A stretch of DNA of 64,000 nt from a bacterium HR24. Its GTDB lineage: Bacteria > Chloroflexota > Dehalococcoidia > SM23-28-2 > HRBIN24. The stretch covers positions 67,535 to 131,534 of the forward strand of contig BEIA01000001.1 in assembly GCA_002898715.1 (NCBI GenBank), read 5' to 3'. Below, piece by piece: positions 56,176-64,000 of this stretch. The notes beneath the pieces were generated by a model. It made no database searches. It saw nothing but the letters and a program-made list of their open reading frames with translations, and had not been told where the DNA came from. Each line of letters starts with the position of its first letter. The first letter of the stretch is position 1. A program made the position numbers and the translations under genes.

Positions 56176-57743
56176 GATGCGGTCCTCCCTATGGCGGCAT
56201 CCTGTGGCAAGAGGGCCATGACGGCCATGAGGCCGCGGGCCGTCACGGGAGATGCGTCCTCGCCGGGACCGCCGCGGGCATGGGGCCGGACGAAGGTGTG
56301 ACCCGGTGGCACCGGCACGCCGTAGGAGGCGGCGGCTGCCAGGGCGTCCGCCGAAGGGGACCAGCCCGGTGGCAGCCGGCGCAGGTGTCCCCTCACCATG
56401 GCCGCCGCCCGGCGGACGGTGGCCCTCTCCCGGGGCGATGCCCAGAGCCGCGTCCCTTGGGCGAGCGTCCCCCGGCGCGGCGGCGCCGGCAAGGGGCGTC
56501 CCGTGGCGGTGCCGGCGGCCCTGGAGGCCGCGACCCCGGAGGCGGCGGCCGTGCCCCCTTCCTCCCTGCGGCGCCGCGGCATCCCCGCCTCGCCCGCCAC
56601 CGTGAGGTCGCGGTAGGCCGCTGCCAGCAGCAGGTGCACAAGGGGCAGGAGGCGCCGGGGGATGAGGGGGCTCCCGTCCCAGTCCGGCGCCGGCTCCCAC
56701 CGGAAGGGGCCCAGCAGCCCTTCCCTGCCGGCGATGGCCGCCCAGACGGCCCCACCCTCTGCCCAGAGCCGCAGCTCCCGCAGGCCCAGGGCCGCCACCT
56801 CCCGCGGCGGCAGGACCCGCAGCGCCCCTTCCACGGCGTAGCGCGCCCGCCCGCGGGCCTCCTCCAGGAGGGAGCGGGCCATGGCGAGGCCTGCGTCAGG
56901 GTCCATATGGACGAGACTTATCTGGGCCCCGCCGGGCGGCGCCTTTTCTCCCTCTCCCAGCAGGTGGCGGAGGCCGGGGCGCGACAGGCCCGTCCCCACG
57001 GCCTCGGCATATACGGCCCAGGCATGCCCCTCGGTTCCTGCTGGGACGGCTACGGCGCCCATGGGCCCGGCGGCGCGCTCTATGCCCCAGGCCATGGCGG
57101 CGGCGGCCGCCAGGTCCGCGAGCGCCTCCCACCGGCCGCCGGGCCGCCAGAGCCGGCGCAGCCGGCCGGCCGTCTCCTGCCGCCAGAGGAGCCTGGCGAG
57201 CCTGAGGAGGGCCTGGGCGGCCGCCGAGGTCGACGGCGCCGTGGGCCTCTGGTCGCCCCGGGCCGCCGCCTCGGCGCAGGCGGTCGCCAGCTCGTCCCGT
57301 CCCATGGGTGCGGCGTGGGCGTCCACCCCGACCAGCTCCGGTGCAGCCCTTGCGGCAAGCGCCGGCGCCCGGCCGGGCCGCCTCTCGGCCCGGGCCGCCA
57401 GCAGGCAGGCGCAGGCAAGCCGCAGCGGCAGCACGCCCTCGTGCTCCTCGACGGCCCGCAGGGCCGAGAGGGGGTCCTGGCGGCCCCAGCGGCGGAACAT
57501 CACCAGCAGCTCGGGCCTCCCGAGGCCCGGCACGACGCCGCTCACGCCCACGAGCTCGGGCGGCGCCGGCGCCCCGGGCGTCCCCTGCCACTCCTGCCAC
57601 TGACCCCCTGCGGCCACGAGCTCATCGGCCAGGCCCACCAGGGCCTCGCCCCGCGGCGCCCCGAGGGCGAGGGGCACGATATCGATCCACGGCCCCTCCG
57701 GTGGCCCCAGCTCCACCCCGCCCGAGGTGACTACCGTGCGCAT
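56172..57743 (-). CDS. hypothetical Ala-rich protein
   Basis: 523 aa. Translationally coupled to the downstream HTH gene. Confidence 0.4.
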   Translation of the reverse strand: MRTVVTSGGVELGPPEGPWIDIVPLALGAPRGEALVGLADELVAAGGQWQEWQGTPGAPAPPELVGVSGVVPGLGRPELLVMFRRWGRQDPLSALRAVEEHEGVLPLRLACACLLAARAERRPGRAPALAARAAPELVGVDAHAAPMGRDELATACAEAAARGDQRPTAPSTSAAAQALLRLARLLWRQETAGRLRRLWRPGGRWEALADLAAAAAMAWGIERAAGPMGAVAVPAGTEGHAWAVYAEAVGTGLSRPGLRHLLGEGEKAPPGGAQISLVHMDPDAGLAMARSLLEEARGRARYAVEGALRVLPPREVAALGLRELRLWAEGGAVWAAIAGREGLLGPFRWEPAPDWDGSPLIPRRLLPLVHLLLAAAYRDLTVAGEAGMPRRRREEGGTAAASGVAASRAAGTATGRPLPAPPRRGTLAQGTRLWASPRERATVRRAAAMVRGHLRRLPPGWSPSADALAAAASYGVPVPPGHTFVRPHARGGPGEDASPVTARGLMAVMALLPQDAAIGRTAS

Positions 57744-58475
57744 GGTTAGCGGTCGCTATATGTTGCTTGTTGCCATTATATCACGACTTTTTCTGCCGGC
57801 ACCGGCCGTAGGTAAGGGGTCGTGGCGAAATTATATCGCCGGTTTTCGGCCCGTAACGGGGCCTGAGGGGTCCGGCGCCCGTATTGGGGGAGGCGGCGGG
57901 GGGTGGCTGCTCTCGCGAGCCAATGCCCATTGGATGGGGACTTTATCTTGCAAGCTGGAGAAGGGTCTGGCAGGGCATGCGCGGGGCGCCGTCGCCGGCG
58001 CCGGCGATGCTGTATACTTGAAGCAAGCGGTGGAGGCCCTGCCTCCACCATCCCTCCTGGGGCCCCTGCGGCGGAAAGGAGGTGCGCCCGTCATAAGGCC
58101 GGGCAGGGGCCCAGGGGCGGGCGCCTTGCGCCCGCCCCCTTGCCCAGAGGCCGGCCCCGGTGGGGGCCGCCTCCCGAGGGGTGGACCGAGAGGTCGCCCC
58201 TCCCGCGCCGGGCCCTGCCCGGCGAGCGCAGCGCCCCCTGGGGCGCTGCACCCCCCAAGCGGGCCGGCGTGCCGGTCCGCCGAGCGCAAGGCCCCGAGAC
58301 TTGGGGCCTTCACCCCCTCGCGGCCCCAAGGGCCGCCGTGACTCCCTGAGGCGGGCCCCGTTACGGGCCCATGGCGGGGCCCGCCCCGATATCCACCGGA
58401 CGCCGCATGGCGTCATGCCCGGCCCGCCGCCTGCCGTCCCGGCGTCGGGCCGAGGGATCGAGCGACAGGGAGGTG

Positions 58476-59000
58476 ATGACGATGGAACGCCTGCACCCGT
58501 CTTGCCACGGCTTCGGACTCCATATCCCCTCGCAGGTGCCGGCGGGGGTGCTGTCCCCGGGCGATGCCCGCTCGCTCTTGAGGCAGCTCAGGCGCCGCGG
58601 CCTGGGCGTGCGCCCCACGGCGCGGGGCGTGAGGCTCCTGCACCCTGCCGGCGTCCCCGCCGCCCTGAGGGAGCGCCGGCGGCTCGGCGACGCCTGCGCC
58701 TCCCTCCTCAGGGAGTACATGGTCGGGAGGGCCATAAGGCGCTGCCGGGCCTTGAGGGCGGTCCTTGCCGCCCTCGTCTCCCTGCGGGGCAGCGCCCCTG
58801 CCGCCCTCGTGGCGGCGGTGGCAGGGATGGACGAGGCCTATGTGGGGCGCATGCTGCTCCTTCTGGAGAGCTGGGGCGTCGTCACCACAGGAGAGCGCCG
58901 GCGTCCAGAGACCTCATGGAGGGAGTGGCGTGTCGTTGCGGAGGGGATACCTGTGGGAACGGCCGGCCGGCAGCAGGCCGGAGGACGATGGGTGCTGTGA
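58476..59000 (+). CDS. hypothetical protein
   Basis: RBS gacagggaggtgatgacgATG. 174 aa. Confidence 0.35.
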   Translation: MTMERLHPSCHGFGLHIPSQVPAGVLSPGDARSLLRQLRRRGLGVRPTARGVRLLHPAGVPAALRERRRLGDACASLLREYMVGRAIRRCRALRAVLAALVSLRGSAPAALVAAVAGMDEAYVGRMLLLLESWGVVTTGERRRPETSWREWRVVAEGIPVGTAGRQQAGGRWVL

Positions 59001-59033
59001 TATACTGGTGGCCAGTAGAGCATATGTTCGGAG

Positions 59034-60722
59034 GTGCGACGCGTGGAGGCCCGTGACGATGCGCCTATCGTCGGGTATGTGCTGACGAGCGATGAGCAAA
59101 GTCCCGTGTCCTTCCACATGGTGCTAGCGCCCGGCGTCTGGCTGCAGATGGACGATGTAGTCTATGCTGCGGCGCCCATGCCCGGCGGCCGGCCCTATAC
59201 CGTGTGGGGCGCCGTCGATGCTCTCCGGACGGCCTATGAGGGCACCGGCTACAGCTCCGATGCCCTCCTGGCCGTAGAGGGCCGTATCCCGACGCGGCAA
59301 GTGACGGTGGCCCATGTCAGGGGGCTCAGGACGGAGCCGGCCACCATGGAGGCGCCCCTCCCGCCGGGAACGGCCGTGCGGCTGGCGATGGGGCGGGAGC
59401 GAGAGGTGGCCCTGGGCTATGACGTTATGGAGCGCCGCTTCCCTCTGGGCCTCGACAGGGGCGGGCATGTAGTCTGGGGCAACCTCGACTTCCTGAACGG
59501 CGTCCACGGGGCCCACGTGAACATCGCCGGCATCTCGGGCGTCGCTGCCAAGACGTCCTATGCCGTCTTCCTTCTGTATGCGCTTTTCCTCCACCCTGAG
59601 TCGTCGCAGCACCTGCGCACCGCCCGGGCCGTCATCTTCAACACCAAGGGTGAGGACCTGATGCACCTGGACAAGCCTGGGGCCGGCCTGACGGGCGAGG
59701 AGCGGGCCATGTACGACGCCCTGGGGCTGCCGGCGGCGCCCTTCCCGGACGTCGCCTTCTGGGCGCCGCCCAGGCGTGACTCCTGGGACCATGACATGGA
59801 GCCTGCCACCGTAAGTCGCCTGGAGGGCGTGCGCGTCATGGCCTGGAGCACGCGTGCCTTCTGCCAGGAGGGCCTGCTCCCCTATATCTTTGCCGAACCG
59901 GACCGTGAGGGTAGCCAGCTGGAGCTGGCCATCACTGTGGCCACGTCCTATCTGCGGGAGCTTGCTGCGCAAGTTTCCACAACGCAGGCATCGGTGAAGG
60001 CAGGCGACACGACCATCGTCACTTACGACGACCTGGTGGACCATCTTATGGCCAACCGGGATGATGTCTTCGGCAGGGCACGCATAGCTCCCGGCACGCA
60101 GGACGCCTTCCTCCGGCGCCTCCATGGCGCGGCAGGCGCCCTGGAGCGGCTGGTGAGGGGCAGGCTGTCGCCCGAGCAGGAGGCAGCCCACCGGTTCGAC
60201 CTGGGGGCGGCCCGGGTCCATGTCGTCGATATTCACGACCTGCCCGAGGCGGGCCAGCGGTTCGTGGTGGGAGCGGTCCTGCGACAGCTCTTTGAGGACA
60301 AGGCTACCCGGGGCCAGCGGGAGCCGCTGCTCTTCGTGGTCCTGGACGAGCTCAACAAGTATGCGCCCAGGGCCGGTCGCAGCCCCATCAAGGAGATGGC
60401 CATGGAGATGGCCGCCCGGGGCAGGAGCCTGGGGCTGGTCCTCATCGGCGCCCAGCAGATGGCCAGCGAGGTGGAGCCTGCCGTGGTAGCCAACTGTTCC
60501 TTCCGCGCCGCCGGCCGGCTGGACCCGGCCGAGGCGCAGCGGGACACATACAGCTGGCTGCGGAGTGCCCGCTCCCGCATCGACCTCCTGCGCCCGGGCG
60601 CCCTCTTCGTCTCGCAGCCGGACATCTCCATGCCGGTCCTGGTCCGCTTCCCTCGGCCCGCCTGGGCGACGCGGCCCGACGAGGCGGTGGAGACGGAATC
60701 GTGGCAGGACATCTTCCGGTGA
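59034..60722 (+). CDS. HerA/FtsK-like P-loop ATPase with N-terminal HAS-barrel and deviant Walker A
   Basis: N-terminal barrel-like segment (PIVGYVLTSDEQSPVSFHMVLAPGVWLQMDDVVYAA), ...HVNIAGISGVAAKTSYAVFLL (P-loop variant GxxGxAAKT), Walker B LLFVVLDELNKYAP. The gene ends 27 nt before sbcD. Confidence 0.5.
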   Translation: MRRVEARDDAPIVGYVLTSDEQSPVSFHMVLAPGVWLQMDDVVYAAAPMPGGRPYTVWGAVDALRTAYEGTGYSSDALLAVEGRIPTRQVTVAHVRGLRTEPATMEAPLPPGTAVRLAMGREREVALGYDVMERRFPLGLDRGGHVVWGNLDFLNGVHGAHVNIAGISGVAAKTSYAVFLLYALFLHPESSQHLRTARAVIFNTKGEDLMHLDKPGAGLTGEERAMYDALGLPAAPFPDVAFWAPPRRDSWDHDMEPATVSRLEGVRVMAWSTRAFCQEGLLPYIFAEPDREGSQLELAITVATSYLRELAAQVSTTQASVKAGDTTIVTYDDLVDHLMANRDDVFGRARIAPGTQDAFLRRLHGAAGALERLVRGRLSPEQEAAHRFDLGAARVHVVDIHDLPEAGQRFVVGAVLRQLFEDKATRGQREPLLFVVLDELNKYAPRAGRSPIKEMAMEMAARGRSLGLVLIGAQQMASEVEPAVVANCSFRAAGRLDPAEAQRDTYSWLRSARSRIDLLRPGALFVSQPDISMPVLVRFPRPAWATRPDEAVETESWQDIFR

Positions 60723-60749
60723 CGGCCTTGCAGAGAGGAGGGGAAGGGA

Positions 60750-61949
60750 TTGCGCTTTCTGCACACTGCCGACTGGCACCTGGGGAAGACCCTGCGCCAC
60801 CTGTCGCGCCTTGACGAGGCGTGGGCCGTCCTGCAGGAGGTGCTGGGGATCGCCATTACGGAGCGGGTCGACTGCGTCCTCATAGCAGGCGACGTCTATG
60901 ACTCGCTGATGCCTCCGCCCGAGGCAGAGGAGATGGTCTACGAGCTCTGCCGCCGGCTGGTGGAGCGCCGCATCAGGGCAGTCATCATCGGGGGCAACCA
61001 CGATCACCCCCGGCGCCTCGCCGCGGCCGGCCGCATCCTGGACCTGGTAGGGGTCCACGTCCTGGGAGAGGTGGACCTGCAACGAGAGGAGCGGCACGTG
61101 GTGTCGGTGCCGTCGCGCGACGGGGAGGAGGAGGCGACGGTGGCCATGTTGCCCTGGCTCAGGGAAGGCGTTGCTCGCCGGTGGGCACACCTGACGGGCG
61201 AGGCCCCCGAGTCGCCCGTCGCCAGGTACGCCGAGGTGCTGAAGAGGGCCATGGCCTGGCTTTCGGGCCTGGTCCGTCCAGGCAAGGTGGCCGTCCTGCT
61301 GGCCCACCTCATGGTGGACGGCGCCGTGGTAGGGGGCGCCGCCGCCGGGGAGCGGGAGCTGCACCTGGGCCAGGTCTATGCCGTGCCGCCGCAGATGCTG
61401 CCCAATGGCTTCCACTACATCGCTCTGGGCCATGTCCACCGGCCCCAGGAGGTGAAGGCTGCCCCCTCCCCTGCTCGGTACGCCGGCTCCATCATGCAGC
61501 TGGACTTCGGTGAGGAGGGGCAGGAGAAACAGGTGGTGCTGGTGGACATCGACCCAAGGACGCACACGGTGCACGCAACGCCCGTGCGCCTCTCGGGCGG
61601 CAAGCGCCTGGCATCCCTGGGGGCACCAGACCGGCCTCTGCCCATGTCGGAGCTGGAGAAGCTTGCTGGGACCCCCATGGACGCCGACTACCTCCGTGTC
61701 TACGTCCGGGCCGAGGGCCCCACGACGGGCCTCCTGGCGCAGGTGCAAAAGCTGCTGCCCGGGGCTGTGGACGTCATCCCCGTACGGGCAGGCAGCTCCG
61801 GCGGCGAGGAGAGGGTTCCCCTCCGGACCCTGCAACCCGACGAGCTCCTGTGCCTCTATCACAGGCGCGAGTATGGCCGGGACCCTGACCCGGAGGTCAT
61901 GGCCCTCTTCCGGCGGCTGTGGGACGAGGTGGCGCATGAGGCCCGTTAG
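60750..61949 (+). CDS. sbcD: exonuclease SbcD / Mre11-family nuclease
   Basis: MRFLHTADWHLGK (motif I), VLIAGDVYD (II), IIGGNHD (III), LLAHLMVDG, ALGHVHRPQ. Confidence 0.85.
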   Translation: MRFLHTADWHLGKTLRHLSRLDEAWAVLQEVLGIAITERVDCVLIAGDVYDSLMPPPEAEEMVYELCRRLVERRIRAVIIGGNHDHPRRLAAAGRILDLVGVHVLGEVDLQREERHVVSVPSRDGEEEATVAMLPWLREGVARRWAHLTGEAPESPVARYAEVLKRAMAWLSGLVRPGKVAVLLAHLMVDGAVVGGAAAGERELHLGQVYAVPPQMLPNGFHYIALGHVHRPQEVKAAPSPARYAGSIMQLDFGEEGQEKQVVLVDIDPRTHTVHATPVRLSGGKRLASLGAPDRPLPMSELEKLAGTPMDADYLRVYVRAEGPTTGLLAQVQKLLPGAVDVIPVRAGSSGGEERVPLRTLQPDELLCLYHRREYGRDPDPEVMALFRRLWDEVAHEAR

Positions 61950-64000
61950 GCTCACGCTGGAGGGGTTCACGGCCTACCCCGACCGCATCGTGGTGGACTT
62001 TTCGGGGTTGGACCTCTTTGCCGTCACCGGCCCTACGGGTGCCGGCAAGACGTCCCTCATCGATGCCATGGCCTATGCCCTCTATGGGAGGGCGCCCCGT
62101 CTCGATGGGCAGGGCAGGGCGGTCCGGCAGCTCATCAGCCAGGGCAGGGGCCGCATGCGCGTTGCCCTGGAGTTCGAGTGTGGCGGCCGCCGCTACCGCA
62201 TCGCGCGGACGGCATCGGCCCACCCGTCGGGGCGGACGGAGGTGCAGCTGGAGCGGTTGGGGCCTGACGGGGACCGAGAGGAGCTGCTGGCCGACCGGGC
62301 AGGGGAGGCCGAGGCGAGGGTGCGGGCCATCGTGGGGATGGACTACGACGCCTTCACCCGCTCGGTGGTCCTGCCCCAGGGCCAGTGGCAACGTTTCCTG
62401 CTGGGGGGCCGGGCGGAGCAGGACCGGGTCCTGGAGGACCTGCTGGGCCTTGAGCGGTACCGGGAGGTGATGCGGCGGGCAGGGGAGCTTGCCGCCGTCC
62501 ACCGGTCGCGGGCAGAGGAGGCCGAGAGGCGCCTCGGCGGGGAGCTGGCAGGTGCTACCCCTGAGCGGCTGAAGGAGCTGAAGTTGGCGCTGCTGCGGCT
62601 CAGGCACGCGGCCGCCTTGGCGGAGGCGACCTGCAAGACGGCGGGCGACCTCCTCTCCGGGGCGGCAGCGCTGTCCCGCCTGCGGGCCGACCTCCGCAGG
62701 GAGGCGCAGGAGGTGGAGAGGCTGGAGGCCGAGGCCGAGGGCGCTCGTGCCCAAGCGGAGCGACTCTCCGGCGACGAGGGGGCCCTTGCGAGGAGGCTGC
62801 AGGAGGTGGGGGAAGCGCTGGCGGCCCTGGAGTTCTCGGCCGACACTTACGCTGCGGCGCGGGATGCCCTCCGCACCGCCCGGGAGCTCCTGGACCTGCG
62901 GGAAGAGCTGGCCCGGCTGGAGGATGCCATCGCTGCTGCCGCCGCCGAGCTGGTGGCGACGGAGAGGGAGGAGGGGCAGGCCCGAGAGGCGGCCGCCGCG
63001 GCCGAGCGCGAGCTGGAGGGGGCTGAGGCCCGGCTGGAGGCGGCACGGGAGGCGGCCCACGCCGCTGCTGCTGCCCTGAGGCAGGCCGAGACGGTGGCGC
63101 GGGACCTGGCCGATGCCGTCCGCCAGGTCGAGGAGGCGGAGCGGAGGCGGCAGGAGGCGGGGCGTCGCTTGGCCGCTGCCCGCGGCCGGCTGGAGGCGGC
63201 CCGCGCCTGGGAGGAGGCGGCTATCCGGCTGGAGGAGGTACGGCTCGCCCATGCCGCCCACCTTCTGCGGGGCCGCCTCCGGGAGGGGGAGCCCTGTCCC
63301 GTCTGCGACCGGCCGGTGGAGGCGGCGCCCCCTGCGGGCCGTGTGCCCGCCCTGGCGCAGGCGGAGGGTGCCTGCAAGGCTGCCGAACGGGCGCTGGACG
63401 AGGCCCGCCGGGAGGAGGCCGCCGCCAGGGCAGATGTCCGGGCGGCGGAGGAGGCGATGAGGGCGGCAGAGGAGCGCCGGGAGACGGTGGTTTCCCGGCG
63501 CGACGGGCTGGCACGGCGCCTGGCCGAGGCGGCAGGGCCACCCGACGCGGCGCCCGATGTCGTCCTGGGCCGCCTCCGGGAGAGGGCTGCCCGTGCCCGG
63601 GAGGAGGCGGGACAGGCTGCGGCGGCCGTAGAGAAGGCGAGGCGCCGGCGCGATGCCGCCGCGCAGGCGCTGCAGCGGGCGACCGCCCGCGAGGCGGCGG
63701 CGCGGGAGCGGCTGCAGGGGCTCGAGGAGCGGCGCTGCCAGGTCGCCGCGCGGGCTGCCTCCCTGGAGGAGGGCCTGGGCGCCCTGGACCTGGGCCGCCT
63801 GGAGGAGGAGGCGGCCCGGTTGGAGGAGAAGAGGCGCCGTCATGAGGAGCTCCTGCGGGAGCAGGACGCCGTCCGTCGGGAGCTGGAGGAGGCCCGCCTC
63901 CTGCTGGCAAAGGCGCAGGAGCAGGCGGCACAGCTCGAGAGGCGGCTCGGGGAGGCCCGGGAGAGGGCGGAGCGTCTAGAGCGGGAGGCCGATGCGGCGG
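61936..64000 (+). CDS. sbcC: exonuclease SbcC / Rad50-family ATPase (3' end beyond window)
   Basis: MRPVRLTLEGFTAY...FAVTGPTGAGKTSLIDAMAYALYG (Walker A), long Ala/Glu/Arg-rich coiled coil, zinc hook CPVCDRP at about 63297. Overlaps the sbcD stop by 14 nt. Confidence 0.8.
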   Translation, partial: MRPVRLTLEGFTAYPDRIVVDFSGLDLFAVTGPTGAGKTSLIDAMAYALYGRAPRLDGQGRAVRQLISQGRGRMRVALEFECGGRRYRIARTASAHPSGRTEVQLERLGPDGDREELLADRAGEAEARVRAIVGMDYDAFTRSVVLPQGQWQRFLLGGRAEQDRVLEDLLGLERYREVMRRAGELAAVHRSRAEEAERRLGGELAGATPERLKELKLALLRLRHAAALAEATCKTAGDLLSGAAALSRLRADLRREAQEVERLEAEAEGARAQAERLSGDEGALARRLQEVGEALAALEFSADTYAAARDALRTARELLDLREELARLEDAIAAAAAELVATEREEGQAREAAAAAERELEGAEARLEAAREAAHAAAAALRQAETVARDLADAVRQVEEAERRRQEAGRRLAAARGRLEAARAWEEAAIRLEEVRLAHAAHLLRGRLREGEPCPVCDRPVEAAPPAGRVPALAQAEGACKAAERALDEARREEAAARADVRAAEEAMRAAEERRETVVSRRDGLARRLAEAAGPPDAAPDVVLGRLRERAARAREEAGQAAAAVEKARRRRDAAAQALQRATAREAAARERLQGLEERRCQVAARAASLEEGLGALDLGRLEEEAARLEEKRRRHEELLREQDAVRRELEEARLLLAKAQEQAAQLERRLGEARERAERLEREADAA

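Noticed and set aside
1-64000. CRISPR arrays, tRNA/rRNA genes
   Set aside because: There are no regularly spaced short direct repeats with unique spacers, and no tRNA-like T-arm (GTTCGAATC-type) or rRNA sequences. The direct repeats found are coding (the 21-bp heptad repeat) or operator-like.

Overview
This is a 64-kb window of very high-GC (about 70%) bacterial DNA. Genes have strong AGGAGG-type ribosome-binding sites and frequent 4-nt start/stop overlaps (ATGA/GTGA). I found no rRNA, tRNA or CRISPR array.

Left half, 1 to about 34.5 kb. About 55 co-oriented plus-strand genes run without interruption and look like a phage- or ICE-derived replication and nucleotide-metabolism module. In order they are:
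- a HicB/HicA toxin-antitoxin pair
- a CPBP (Abi) membrane protease
- a duplicated pair of unknown proteins flanking a third unknown
- an Rnl2-like RNA ligase carrying the KxDG motif
- SSB
- a run of tiny CxxC zinc-ribbon proteins
- an SNF2-family helicase with a zinc-ribbon insertion but no recognisable start codon
- a DUF2958-like protein
- a protein encoded by a 21-bp tandem repeat
- a stand-alone copy of the C-terminal domain of the class II ribonucleotide reductase NrdJ
- a divergent sliding-clamp (DnaN-like) gene
- VapBC
- full-length NrdJ
- a PD-(D/E)xK nuclease
- a +1-frameshifted thyX
- a dcd with an in-frame TAA
- a UvrD-like helicase
- a secreted S8 peptidase

Embedded in this array are N-terminal remnants of the mismatch-repair genes mutL (21.1 kb) and mutS (35.0 kb, carrying a 20-bp tandem duplication).

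Right half. This is an IS-rich accessory island containing:
- an IS5-family remnant
- a multi-transmembrane LuxR-type regulator, divergent from a 2084-aa Ig-like surface protein, with two lux-box-like 20-bp palindromes between them
- an IS4-like remnant and a second VapBC
- two copies of a zinc-finger DDE insertion sequence (one internally deleted) bracketing a cupredoxin plus a GtrA/GT2/GT-C/sugar-dehydratase glycosylation cassette and a LuxR regulator
- RmuC
- a XerC/D-like integrase operon
- a HerA-like ATPase with a HAS-barrel and a deviant P-loop immediately upstream of sbcD-sbcC, in the archaeal-like herA-mre11-rad50 order, running off the end of the window

The most interesting candidates are the coupling of herA to sbcDC, the remnants of the mismatch-repair genes mutS and mutL inside a mobile, nucleotide-metabolism-rich element, and the RNA ligase/HicBA/CPBP conflict module with its zinc-ribbon mini-protein swarm.
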